Made by a program: the position numbers and the translations under genes. Below the pieces are notes generated by a model. It was not told where the DNA came from. It searched no databases and saw only the letters and a list, made by a program, of their open reading frames with translations. A stretch of DNA of 64,000 bases. Source: Bdellovibrionales bacterium (GTDB lineage: Bacteria; Bdellovibrionota; Bdellovibrionia; Bdellovibrionales; Bdellovibrionaceae). Positions 55,150-63,020 of the stretch are shown piece after piece. The stretch spans positions 733-64,732 of the forward strand of contig JBKDHV010000027.1 of assembly GCA_046336915.1 (NCBI GenBank), written 5' to 3'. The number at the start of each line of letters is the position of its first letter. The stretch's first letter is position 1.

Positions 55150-55755
55150 GTGGGTCGGTTCCAGAATCAACAGGGATTTTCATTGGTGGAGCTGATGGTC
55201 GTTGTCGCGATCATCGGAATCCTGGCTGCTGTGGCTGTGCCACAGTTCACTCGGTTCCAGGCAAAGGCCAGGCAGGCGGAAGGGAAAGGCATGCTCACGG
55301 CTCTGTATACGGCGGAAAAAGGTTTTCAAGCAGAGCATGCGGGATTCGCCACATCTTTTCAGGCCATTGGATTTTCGCCTGTCGGGGATGTTCTGTACGA
55401 TGTGGGATTCGTCGCTCTGTGCGCGAACTGGGGGGCCTGTGCTCCCATGTACGAACCGAATGGAGTGGGCACCGCCCCTGTCGCGGCCAACGGGCCCGGT
55501 TCGGCATCCACCTTCTGCGTGGCTTACGGGGCCGTGATCACGCTTAATAATGGGTGTCGTATGAAGCAGGCGGGAAATCTGGCAGCCGGAATAGTGGGGC
55601 CCATCCCCATTGTGGGAGCTGCCAACACGGCCAACCAAACCAGTTTCCAAGCTACGTCTAGCGCCGTTGTCTATACGGGCTACACAGCGGCACCCGATAT
55701 CTGGACCATCAATCAGAATAAAGTTCTTCTTCAGATCTCTCACGGAGTTCCCTAA
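55150..55755 (+). CDS. second type IVa pilin paralogue (start re-assigned to GTG 55150)
   Basis: The mature part FSLVELMVVVAIIGILAAVAVPQF... is collinear with the first pilin: 192 aa each after the G|F site, with all four Cys conserved. GTG at 55150 is preceded by GGAGG at 8 nt and gives a 9-aa leader MGRFQNQQG, the same length as the first pilin. The ATG at 55126 (ORF track) has no SD. Confidence 0.8.
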   Translation: MGRFQNQQGFSLVELMVVVAIIGILAAVAVPQFTRFQAKARQAEGKGMLTALYTAEKGFQAEHAGFATSFQAIGFSPVGDVLYDVGFVALCANWGACAPMYEPNGVGTAPVAANGPGSASTFCVAYGAVITLNNGCRMKQAGNLAAGIVGPIPIVGAANTANQTSFQATSSAVVYTGYTAAPDIWTINQNKVLLQISHGVP

Positions 55756-55790
55756 TCCGCGAGTTGCCTGAGGTTCACGAGAGCGCTAGG

Positions 55791-55825
55791 ATCAAGAGGT
55801 GATGAATCACCTCTTGATTTTTTTT
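55791..55825 (+). terminator. strong intrinsic terminator after the second pilin gene, overlapping the predicted start of the next ORF
   Basis: Perfect 12-bp stem ATCAAGAGGTGA / TCACCTCTTGAT with a 4-nt loop. The T run at 55818-55825 begins with the last stem base. Confidence 0.85.
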
Positions 55826-56482
55826 CGCCGTTTTCAAAATGAGTTCCCGTGGGGAATCCTAGCGCTTGCGGCCCTCTGGCTGATGCTCTGGACATCGGCT
55901 CACGGTCAAGCAACGAAGGTGAAGGATTTCGTTCCGCCGCCCCCCAATATCGAACACTTTAGTTTTGGCCTTCGCCATCAATTGGCCGATACGCTGTGGG
56001 TTCGTGCCATTCAGGATTTCGATTACTGCGAGGAAAAACTCGCCGAGCATCTTTGCAAAGGCAACGGGTGGCTTTCGAAAATTCTCCTGGCCATTGTGCG
56101 TCTGGATCCTGATTTCTATATGGTCTACTTCACAGGCGGTCTCTCTTTAACGGTTCTCGTCTCAGATTACGAAGGAGCCTCTCAAGTTTTCGATCTGGGG
56201 GTGGCCAAATTTCCCGATCAATGGCGACTGCTGTTTGCCGCCGCTTATCATGCCCTTTATGAAGAAAAGAATGAAAAAAAAGCCGCCGATCTTTACCTGG
56301 CCGCTGCAAAAAACGGCGCCCCCGAATGGGTTTTCGCTCTCGCGAACCGGCTTTACCAAAAAACCGGCGACACCCAAATGACAGACGAAATTCTCTCTCT
56401 GATGAAAAACGTCATCAAAGACGAAGAAATGCTCGCCAAAATCCAAGACCGAATCCAAAACAAACAAAAAGCCTTGAAATAG
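55799..56482 (+). CDS. membrane-anchored helical-repeat (TPR-like) protein downstream of the pilins (start uncertain)
   Basis: 227 aa. N-terminal hydrophobic segment WGILALAALWLMLW, then helical repeats (WRLLFAAAYHALYEEKNEKKAADLYLAAAKNG). The only in-frame starts that keep the TM segment (55799, 55802, 55814) lie inside the terminator hairpin. Confidence 0.6.
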   Translation: MMNHLLIFFRRFQNEFPWGILALAALWLMLWTSAHGQATKVKDFVPPPPNIEHFSFGLRHQLADTLWVRAIQDFDYCEEKLAEHLCKGNGWLSKILLAIVRLDPDFYMVYFTGGLSLTVLVSDYEGASQVFDLGVAKFPDQWRLLFAAAYHALYEEKNEKKAADLYLAAAKNGAPEWVFALANRLYQKTGDTQMTDEILSLMKNVIKDEEMLAKIQDRIQNKQKALK

Positions 56483-56495
56483 CCTCGAAATTTAA

Positions 56496-56624
56496 GCCCA
56501 AGACAGCCGGGGGGCTTTCAGTCAGCACCTCCCGGAAGCGTGACGCGTTCCCCGCCCGTTGGGCGGGGATCCGGGCGAGGGCAGGAGCCCGCGTGCTGAC
56601 TGAAGGCCCCCGGCTGTCTTGGGC
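56496..56624. repeat. 129-nt GC-rich extended inverted repeat (rod-like stem-loop element)
   Basis: The 33-nt left arm GCCCAAGACAGCCGGGGGGCTTTCAGTCAGCAC pairs with the 32-nt right arm GTGCTGACTGAAGGCCCCCGGCTGTCTTGGGC (one mismatch, one bulge). The inner part contains CCCCGCCC-gtt-GGGCGGGG (56550-56568). Confidence 0.85.
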
Positions 56625-56629
56625 GTGGC

Positions 56630-56658
56630 TTGACAGGGTCTGAGGAGCGAACCATATT
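56630..56658 (+). promoter_or_regulatory. promoter candidate for dnaJ-dnaK (TTGACA-N17-CATATT)
   Basis: Perfect -35 hexamer at 56630-56635, a 17-nt spacer, and a -10-like CATATT at 56653-56658. The ATG of dnaJ is only 8 nt downstream. CTTGACA...CCATATT also loosely resembles sigma-32 promoters. Confidence 0.4.
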
Positions 56659-56666
56659 GGGTGGGC

Positions 56667-57782
56667 ATGTCAACACCTCGTGATTATTATGAAATTTTGG
56701 GCGTCGCTCGGGACGCAGATGCTGAGACCATTAAGAAGGCTTATCGCAAGCTGGCGATGCAATTTCATCCGGATCGCAATCCTGGAAATGCGGAAGCCGA
56801 AGAGAAGTTTAAGGAAGCCGCCGGGGCTTATGAAGTTCTGAGTGATGCTCAAAAGCGAGCGCAGTATGATCGCTTCGGTCATCAGGCCTTCAGCGGTGGC
56901 CGGGGTGGACCTCAATTTGAAAACATGGAAGATATCTTTGCTTCATTCGGAGATATTTTTTCGGATTTCTTTGGCGGCGGAATGGGCGGTGGCCGCGATT
57001 CGCGACGCAGTTCAGGCCCGCGGCGAGGAGCCGATCTTCGCTACATTGCCGAGATCGAACTTGAAGATGTTTTGAAGGGTCTTGAGCGCGACATTGAATT
57101 TGAGACGGATCAAACTTGCGAAACCTGTCATGGCTCAGGCGCTGAAAAAGGAAGTGCGGCTGAAACTTGCACCACCTGCCAAGGCGCAGGCCAAGTCGTC
57201 GCTCGGCAAGGTTTTTTCACAATGGCCACCACCTGTCCCACCTGTCGTGGTGAAGGACAAATTATCAAGAAGAAATGCAAATCCTGTCACGGACAGGGTC
57301 GCATGAAGGCTCACCGGAAAATTCGCGTGACGATTCCTCCCGGAGTCGACAGCGGAACGCGACTGCGTGTTTCGGGCGAAGGTGAAGGTGGCTACCGAAA
57401 CGGCCCGACCGGTGACCTGTATGTCGAGATCCGCGTTCGTAACCATAAAGTCTTCGAGCGTGAGGGCGATCATCTGTACTCGCGAATCGAAATTCCCTAC
57501 GTGCAGGCCCTTCTGGGGGCGGAAATCGAAGTTCCTGTTTTGGATGGCAAGGCCACACTTCAGATCCCATCTTGCACAGCTCCTGGGCAAATCCTGACTT
57601 TGAAGGGTCAGGGCCTTCCCTCGTTGCGCGGGTCGCGACGCGGTGATCTCCATTTTGAGACCGTCGTCGAATTCCCCGAAAAGCTGAAAGAGGATGAGCG
57701 TGAATTGCTCTCTCAAATAGCTGAAAAGAAAGGCATTTCGGTGAAAACCGAGAAAAAAGGCTTTTTCAGCGGGAAAAAATAG
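56667..57782 (+). CDS. dnaJ: molecular chaperone DnaJ
   Basis: J domain DYYEILGV...HPDRN. Gly/Phe-rich linker. Four CxxCxGxG zinc-finger repeats ([32 protein letters not shown]). The ORF track begins at GTG 56661; I prefer the ATG at 56667. Confidence 0.9.
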   Translation: MSTPRDYYEILGVARDADAETIKKAYRKLAMQFHPDRNPGNAEAEEKFKEAAGAYEVLSDAQKRAQYDRFGHQAFSGGRGGPQFENMEDIFASFGDIFSDFFGGGMGGGRDSRRSSGPRRGADLRYIAEIELEDVLKGLERDIEFETDQTCETCHGSGAEKGSAAETCTTCQGAGQVVARQGFFTMATTCPTCRGEGQIIKKKCKSCHGQGRMKAHRKIRVTIPPGVDSGTRLRVSGEGEGGYRNGPTGDLYVEIRVRNHKVFEREGDHLYSRIEIPYVQALLGAEIEVPVLDGKATLQIPSCTAPGQILTLKGQGLPSLRGSRRGDLHFETVVEFPEKLKEDERELLSQIAEKKGISVKTEKKGFFSGKK

Positions 57783-57860
57783 GGCAAAGCCTTGACGGAC
57801 GGGGTATTCGCCCCACATTTAGTTCAGTAGTAAAGCCTTGGAATCATAAGGAGTTTTTAT

Positions 57861-59774
57861 ATGTCTAAGATTATCGGTATCGACTTAGGAACAACCAATT
57901 CCTGCGTCGCAATTATGGAAGGTGGAGAAGCCAAAGTTCTCGTGAACGAAGAAGGTGCTCGCACAACTCCTTCAGTCGTCGCTTTCACGAAGGATGGAGA
58001 GCGTTTGGCCGGTCAAATCGCGAAACGACAAGCGGTGACCAATCCTGAGAACACAATCTACTCGGCGAAGCGATTCATCGGACGTCGTTTTGACGAAGTT
58101 CAAGAAGAGATCAAGCTTGTTCCTTACAATGTTGTGGCGAAGGGGAACGATTGCGGTTTTAAAGTCCGCGAAAAAGTTGTCAGTCCCGAAGAAATCGGCG
58201 CGGCTGTTTTAGCAAAACTTAAAAAGGTGGCGGAAGATTATTTGGGCGAGCCTGTTTCAAAGGCCGTCATCACAGTCCCTGCTTACTTCAACGATGCTCA
58301 ACGACAAGCGACGAAAGATGCGGGTCGAATTGCAGGTCTTGAAGTCATGCGAATTATCAACGAACCTACGGCGGCTGCGTTGGCCTACGGTCTTGATAAG
58401 AAAAAAGATGAAAAAATCGCGATCTACGACTTCGGGGGCGGTACATTTGACATCTCGATCCTGGAAGTGGGCGATGGCGTAGTCGAAGTGAAATCAACCA
58501 ACGGGGACACTCACCTGGGTGGTGACAACTTCGATACTCGTATTCTTGAGTGGTTGATTGCAGAATTCAAAAAAGATCAAGCTGTTGATCTTCGAAATGA
58601 CAAGATGGCCTTGCAGCGTTTGAAAGAAGCCGCGGAAAAAGCGAAGATCGAGCTCTCAACAGCGCAAGAAACCGAGATCAATCTTCCTTTCATCACAGCG
58701 GATCAATCGGGCCCGAAGCATCTGCAAATCAAACTTTCGCGTGCGAAGTTCGAGCAGATGGTTGAAGACCTTGTGAAGCGCTCGATCGAGCCCTGCCGAA
58801 AGGCTTTGTCTGATGCGGGCTTGCAAGCGTCGCAGATTGATGAAGTTGTCTTGGTCGGGGGTTCCACTCGTATCCCTGCGATCCAGCGAGCTGTAAAAGA
58901 ATTTTTTGGAAAAGAACCCAATCGCACTGTGAACCCGGATGAAGTTGTGGCTGTGGGAGCTGCGGTTCAGGGTGGTGTTTTGACAGGAGACGTGAAAGAC
59001 GTTCTGTTGTTGGATGTTACGCCCTTGTCTTTGGGAATCGAAACAATGGGTGGCGTGATGACAGTTCTGATCGAGCGCAACACGGCGATCCCCACGAAGA
59101 AGTCTCAGGAGTTCTCGACAGCCTCTGATAATCAGCCGGCCGTGGACATCCATGTGCTTCAGGGTGAGCGCAAAATGGCGGGCGACAACAAGACGCTGGG
59201 TCGATTCGAACTGGTTGGAATCCCACCGGCTCCTCGAGGAGTCCCTAAGATTGAAGTGACTTTCGACATTGATGCGAACGGAATCTTGAGCGTTTCTGCG
59301 AAGGACAAGAACACGGGAAAATCCCAGCAAATCAAGATCACCGCTCAAAGTGGTTTGAGCGAGGACGAGATCAAGAAAGCTGTGAACGAAGCCCAGAACA
59401 TGGCCGAAGAAGATAAGAAACGTGCGGAAGCGGCTCAGGCTCGTAACAACTTGGACAATCTGATTTATCAAACTGAAAAACTTTTGAAGGATGAGGCGGC
59501 CAAGATCTCTGAATCTGACAAGAAGTCAGCCGAAGAGGCGATCGCTCAAGCGAAGAAAGTCGTTGAAGACAAGAACCAAGAGGCGTCTCAGTTGAAGGCG
59601 GCTTTTGACACACTTCAGGCGGCGACTCACAAGCTGACGACCGAGCTTTACAAGCAAGCCGGCCCACAACAGGGTGGCGCAGGTCAGGCTGATGCGGGTC
59701 AAACCGGCGACGGCGCTGCGAAGAATGACAAAGGTGATGATGTCATTGATGCCGACTACAAGGATGTAAATTAA
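57861..59774 (+). CDS. dnaK: molecular chaperone DnaK (Hsp70)
   Basis: 637 aa. [17 protein letters not shown] and [10 protein letters not shown] Hsp70 signatures. Confidence 0.95.
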   Translation: MSKIIGIDLGTTNSCVAIMEGGEAKVLVNEEGARTTPSVVAFTKDGERLAGQIAKRQAVTNPENTIYSAKRFIGRRFDEVQEEIKLVPYNVVAKGNDCGFKVREKVVSPEEIGAAVLAKLKKVAEDYLGEPVSKAVITVPAYFNDAQRQATKDAGRIAGLEVMRIINEPTAAALAYGLDKKKDEKIAIYDFGGGTFDISILEVGDGVVEVKSTNGDTHLGGDNFDTRILEWLIAEFKKDQAVDLRNDKMALQRLKEAAEKAKIELSTAQETEINLPFITADQSGPKHLQIKLSRAKFEQMVEDLVKRSIEPCRKALSDAGLQASQIDEVVLVGGSTRIPAIQRAVKEFFGKEPNRTVNPDEVVAVGAAVQGGVLTGDVKDVLLLDVTPLSLGIETMGGVMTVLIERNTAIPTKKSQEFSTASDNQPAVDIHVLQGERKMAGDNKTLGRFELVGIPPAPRGVPKIEVTFDIDANGILSVSAKDKNTGKSQQIKITAQSGLSEDEIKKAVNEAQNMAEEDKKRAEAAQARNNLDNLIYQTEKLLKDEAAKISESDKKSAEEAIAQAKKVVEDKNQEASQLKAAFDTLQAATHKLTTELYKQAGPQQGGAGQADAGQTGDGAAKNDKGDDVIDADYKDVN

Positions 59775-59846
59775 AAATTGGCTTCGGGCCGGATGAAAAA
59801 TCCGGCCGAAAAGCCCGGGCTCTTCTCCCCCAAGAAGGGCCCCTGA

Positions 59847-59873
59847 AAGCCCCCAGTTTGGGGGCTTTTTTTT
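59847..59873 (+). terminator. intrinsic terminator after dnaK
   Basis: AAGCCCCCA-gtt-TGGGGGCTT followed by a T run. An additional hairpin GGCCGGAT-gaaaa-ATCCGGCC sits at 59787-59807. Confidence 0.85.
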
Positions 59874-59922
59874 GCTGTGCTTCCGTCGTGACATCATCAA
59901 ACGCCCGTTCTACCGTTGAAGC

Positions 59923-61782
59923 ATGAACACTCCCGCTTTTACCGATTCGCAGTGGAGCCAGCTCGCGGATCGTCTGACGTGGTACAAAAAGCCTGAACAC
60001 ATCAAGACGGTTTCTTTTCGAAAGCCCGTTAAAATTGAATGGTTCCGCGACGGCGTGCTGAACGTGTCGGTGAACTGTTTGGATCGGCACCTGGAATCTC
60101 ATGGAGATCAAATTGCCTACATCTGGGAACCCGATGAACCCGCCGAGGCCGTTCGAAAGTGGACCTACCGCGAGCTGCATCGCGAAGTCTGCGTGGCCGC
60201 AAATGTTCTGAAAAAACTAGGGGTCCGCCGCGGAGATCGCGTGACGATTTACATGCCGATGATTCCGCAAACAATTGTCGCGATGCTTGCGTGCTCTCGG
60301 ATTGGGGCTGTGCACTCGGTTGTTTTCGGAGGCTTTGCGCCCGATTCCATTGTTGATCGAATCCAAGATTGTCAGTCCGAGTTTGTGATCACCGCCGACG
60401 AGGGGCGCCGTGGGGGAAAAAGGATCCCGCTGAAGGCTCATATCGACAGCGCTCTTCAAAAGGCCCGTGAAGTCAAAAAGGTCTTAGTGTTTCGCCACAC
60501 GGGAGCACCGGTGAAGTTCGATTCCAATCGAGATGTTTGGTACCACGAGATTGTTTCAACGGTGTCTGACTCTTGCGAACCCGAACGAATGAACGCCGAG
60601 GACCCTCTTTTTATTCTGTATACCTCGGGTTCAACAGGTAAACCGAAGGGTGTCGTTCACACGACGGGTGGTTACTTGGCATGGGCGAATTACACCTTCG
60701 AAACCGTTTTTTCATATAAACAGGGTCAAGTTTATTGGTGCACGGCCGATGTGGGTTGGATTACGGGTCATTCCTATATTGTCTACGGTCCTCTGAGCCA
60801 AAGAGCGACAAGTGTGATTTTCGAGGGTGTCCCGCACTACCCGGATTTTTCCCGGTTCTGGCAGATCGTGGACCGACACCAAGTGAACATCTTCTACACG
60901 GCCCCGACGGCCTTGCGGGCCCTGATGCGTGAGGGGGATCACTGGATAACGAAAACCTCGCGCAAGTCCTTGGCTCTTTTAGGTTCGGTCGGTGAGCCAA
61001 TCAATCCTGAGGTATGGAACTGGTACCGTCGTGTCGTGGGCGACGGCCGCTGCGAGATCGTCGATACGTGGTGGCAAACCGAAACAGGCGGAATTTTGAT
61101 CTCACCTATTCCGGGTCAAACGAAACTGAAACCAGGCTCGGCGACGAAGCCTTTGCCGGGGCTGCAGCCTCGAATGCTCTCGCCCGAAGGCAAAGAAGTT
61201 TCGGGCGCTGGCGAGGGCATCTTGGTGCTCGCTGACTCATGGCCCGGTCAAATGAGAACCGTTTATCAAGACCATAGCCGCTTTGAAGAGACCTATTTTA
61301 GCGCCTACCCCGGCTATTACTTTACGGGTGATGGCTGTCGGCGAGATGAAGATGGCGACTATTGGATCACGGGTCGCGTGGACGATGTGTTGAATGTTTC
61401 AGGTCATCGTTTAGGCACAGCAGAGCTCGAGAGCGTGCTGGTCGCGCACCCCTCGGTAGCGGAAGCGGCCGTCGTCGGTTATCCGCATGATCTGAAGGGG
61501 CAGGGAATCTACTGTTATGTGACCGTGAAGGTCGGTGTTTCCGTGTCCGAGACGCTGCGAAGGGAGCTCGAGCAATGGGTCAGGTCTGAAATCGGGCCGA
61601 TTGCCACGCCTGATCTGATCCAGTGGGCCCCGGGTTTACCGAAAACACGCTCGGGGAAAATTATGCGTCGAATCCTGCGTAAGATTGCCGAGAATCAGCC
61701 CGAAAGCCTTGGGGACACGAGCACCCTTTCAGACCCAAGTGTCGTCCAGGATTTGGTTGATAATCGCTTAAATCGCCGGTAG
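59923..61782 (+). CDS. acs: acetyl-CoA synthetase (AMP-forming)
   Basis: 619 aa. AMP-binding [19 protein letters not shown], and C-terminal [11 protein letters not shown]. Confidence 0.9.
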   Translation: MNTPAFTDSQWSQLADRLTWYKKPEHIKTVSFRKPVKIEWFRDGVLNVSVNCLDRHLESHGDQIAYIWEPDEPAEAVRKWTYRELHREVCVAANVLKKLGVRRGDRVTIYMPMIPQTIVAMLACSRIGAVHSVVFGGFAPDSIVDRIQDCQSEFVITADEGRRGGKRIPLKAHIDSALQKAREVKKVLVFRHTGAPVKFDSNRDVWYHEIVSTVSDSCEPERMNAEDPLFILYTSGSTGKPKGVVHTTGGYLAWANYTFETVFSYKQGQVYWCTADVGWITGHSYIVYGPLSQRATSVIFEGVPHYPDFSRFWQIVDRHQVNIFYTAPTALRALMREGDHWITKTSRKSLALLGSVGEPINPEVWNWYRRVVGDGRCEIVDTWWQTETGGILISPIPGQTKLKPGSATKPLPGLQPRMLSPEGKEVSGAGEGILVLADSWPGQMRTVYQDHSRFEETYFSAYPGYYFTGDGCRRDEDGDYWITGRVDDVLNVSGHRLGTAELESVLVAHPSVAEAAVVGYPHDLKGQGIYCYVTVKVGVSVSETLRRELEQWVRSEIGPIATPDLIQWAPGLPKTRSGKIMRRILRKIAENQPESLGDTSTLSDPSVVQDLVDNRLNRR

Positions 61783-61794
61783 GGTGAGGTCTCT

Positions 61795-62301
61795 ATGAAA
61801 AGTTGGCTTTTTGTTTTCACTTTGGTTTTGGTGGCGGGTTTGTCTCGGTTGGTGCCGCACCCCTGGAATTTTACCGCCGTAGGCGCGATGGCCTTGTTTG
61901 CTGGAAGTCGAATGCCCAGTCGTTGGCTGGCTTTGCTCGCCCCCTTTTTGGCGCTACTTTGGACAGATGCGGTTTTAGGATTTCACATCACGATGGTCTA
62001 CGTCTACGCGGCAGTTTGTCTGACCACTTTAGTTGGCTTTTGGGCCCGAGATTCTTGGGGACGAGTTGCGGGGGGCGCGTTTTTAAGTTCGCTTCTCTTT
62101 TTTGTGATCACAAACTTTGGTGTGTGGATGACTCAAGGGCTGTATGACAATTCGTGGGCGGGACTTGTGCAGTGCTATGCAATGGCTCTTCCTTTCTTTT
62201 CGAATCAGATCGCGGGTGATCTTTTTTACTGCGTTCTTTTGTTTAGCACTTACGAGTTTTCAAAACCTTATTTGCTTAAACCCATTCCAGCTCGCTTTTA
62301 G
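61795..62301 (+). CDS. small polytopic membrane protein (resembles the DUF6580 putative transporter family, from memory)
   Basis: 168 aa with about 5 TM helices. N-terminal RLVPHPWNFTAVGAMALFAGS. Starts 12 nt after acs. Confidence 0.5.
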   Translation: MKSWLFVFTLVLVAGLSRLVPHPWNFTAVGAMALFAGSRMPSRWLALLAPFLALLWTDAVLGFHITMVYVYAAVCLTTLVGFWARDSWGRVAGGAFLSSLLFFVITNFGVWMTQGLYDNSWAGLVQCYAMALPFFSNQIAGDLFYCVLLFSTYEFSKPYLLKPIPARF

Positions 62302-62310
62302 ACGGCTTGA

Positions 62311-63020
62311 TTAGGGCTCTTCAAGCCGCGCCCAAAAGGGTGCGACCCAAGCCACCCCTTGATTCCGTGAGGCCGACCCAGCTGTCATAAGGTTTTTCTG
62401 TTGCAAACGGCACATTGAATAGACGGCAGAAAGCCGTTGGTTCGCAAACAAGACGCGGGCGCGATCGTGCTTGTCAGGGATTTTGCCAGCTCTGTGGAAT
62501 GAATTTCGCACGAGGAAAACTTGAAAAGGGCCGTCGATGCTGGAATCTTGATCACTCTCGATCGGCCATTCCAAGGTCAGTTCCTCGTGTGTTCGAGGGA
62601 TTTGGTTCCGACTCTCGTCATCCAAGTGTTGCGACGAATGCGTTTGCCCTTTCATCGAGCTGCACCTTGCGCGGCGGTCTTTCCGGGACACCTTTGGTCG
62701 ATCAGAGTCTGCAAGTCGTTGGACTGATTTTCACGATCGACGAAGGTCACGGGGCTCAGTGCGAAGAAAAGGGCCCGGGTGAAGAGGGCGAATCGGGCGC
62801 TCGTCACTACGTGCACGGTACTTCCTATGTTGCCCGAACTGATCAGATCGCCCGCTCTGCGAACAAGATTTCCTACCGATCACTGTGCCCGCTGCATGGA
62901 TACGGGTGTCGAAAGTGCAGCTCTCCCAGGTGGTTCTGCAAGGTGCCCTTTGTGGACGGCGGCTTCGACGAGACTGCTTTCGAATCCCAGGACTCCAGTA
63001 GCTCACGAATTGTGACTTGA
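62311..63020 (+). pseudogene. decayed trypsin-like (Trypsin_2/S1-type) serine protease gene
   Basis: Frame 1 reads ...VFLLQTAH*IDG...AVDAGILITLDRPFQGQ, with in-frame TGA codons at 62368, 62416 and 62497. Frame 0 continues RVFEGFGSDS...CTLRGGLSGTPLVDQSLQVVGLIF. His, Asp and Ser motifs occur in the right order but are interrupted by stops and one frameshift near 62580. Confidence 0.4.

Noticed and set aside
55083-55743. ORFs of 154 aa and 111 aa (plus strand) and 187 aa (minus strand) inside the second pilin gene.
   Set aside because: They are alternative frames of a gene with an unmistakable class III pilin signal. Their Arg/Gly-rich composition is typical of off-frame translation.
56518-56602. 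CIRCE/HrcA operator upstream of dnaJ. The half-sites TCAGCAC and GTGCTGA resemble TTAGCAC...GTGCTAA.
   Set aside because: The half-sites are 64 nt apart instead of 9 nt, they lack the flanking CTC/GAG, and they are simply the inner ends of a much longer inverted repeat.
57135-59471. Minus-strand ORFs of 227 aa and 271 aa within dnaJ and dnaK.
   Set aside because: They are antisense to two of the most conserved genes in the window and are shadow ORFs.
62311-62520. TGA recoding (Trp, Gly or Sec) to explain three in-frame TGA codons in the protease-like frame.
   Set aside because: TGA terminates well-supported genes in the same window, for example the kinase at 1420-1422 and several 4-nt ATGA overlaps. 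A frameshift is also present, and no SECIS-like context was seen. Pseudogenisation is the simpler explanation.
62311-62691. 126-aa minus-strand ORF.
   Set aside because: It has no motif and lies opposite the stretch that carries ordered His, Asp and Ser protease motifs on the plus strand.
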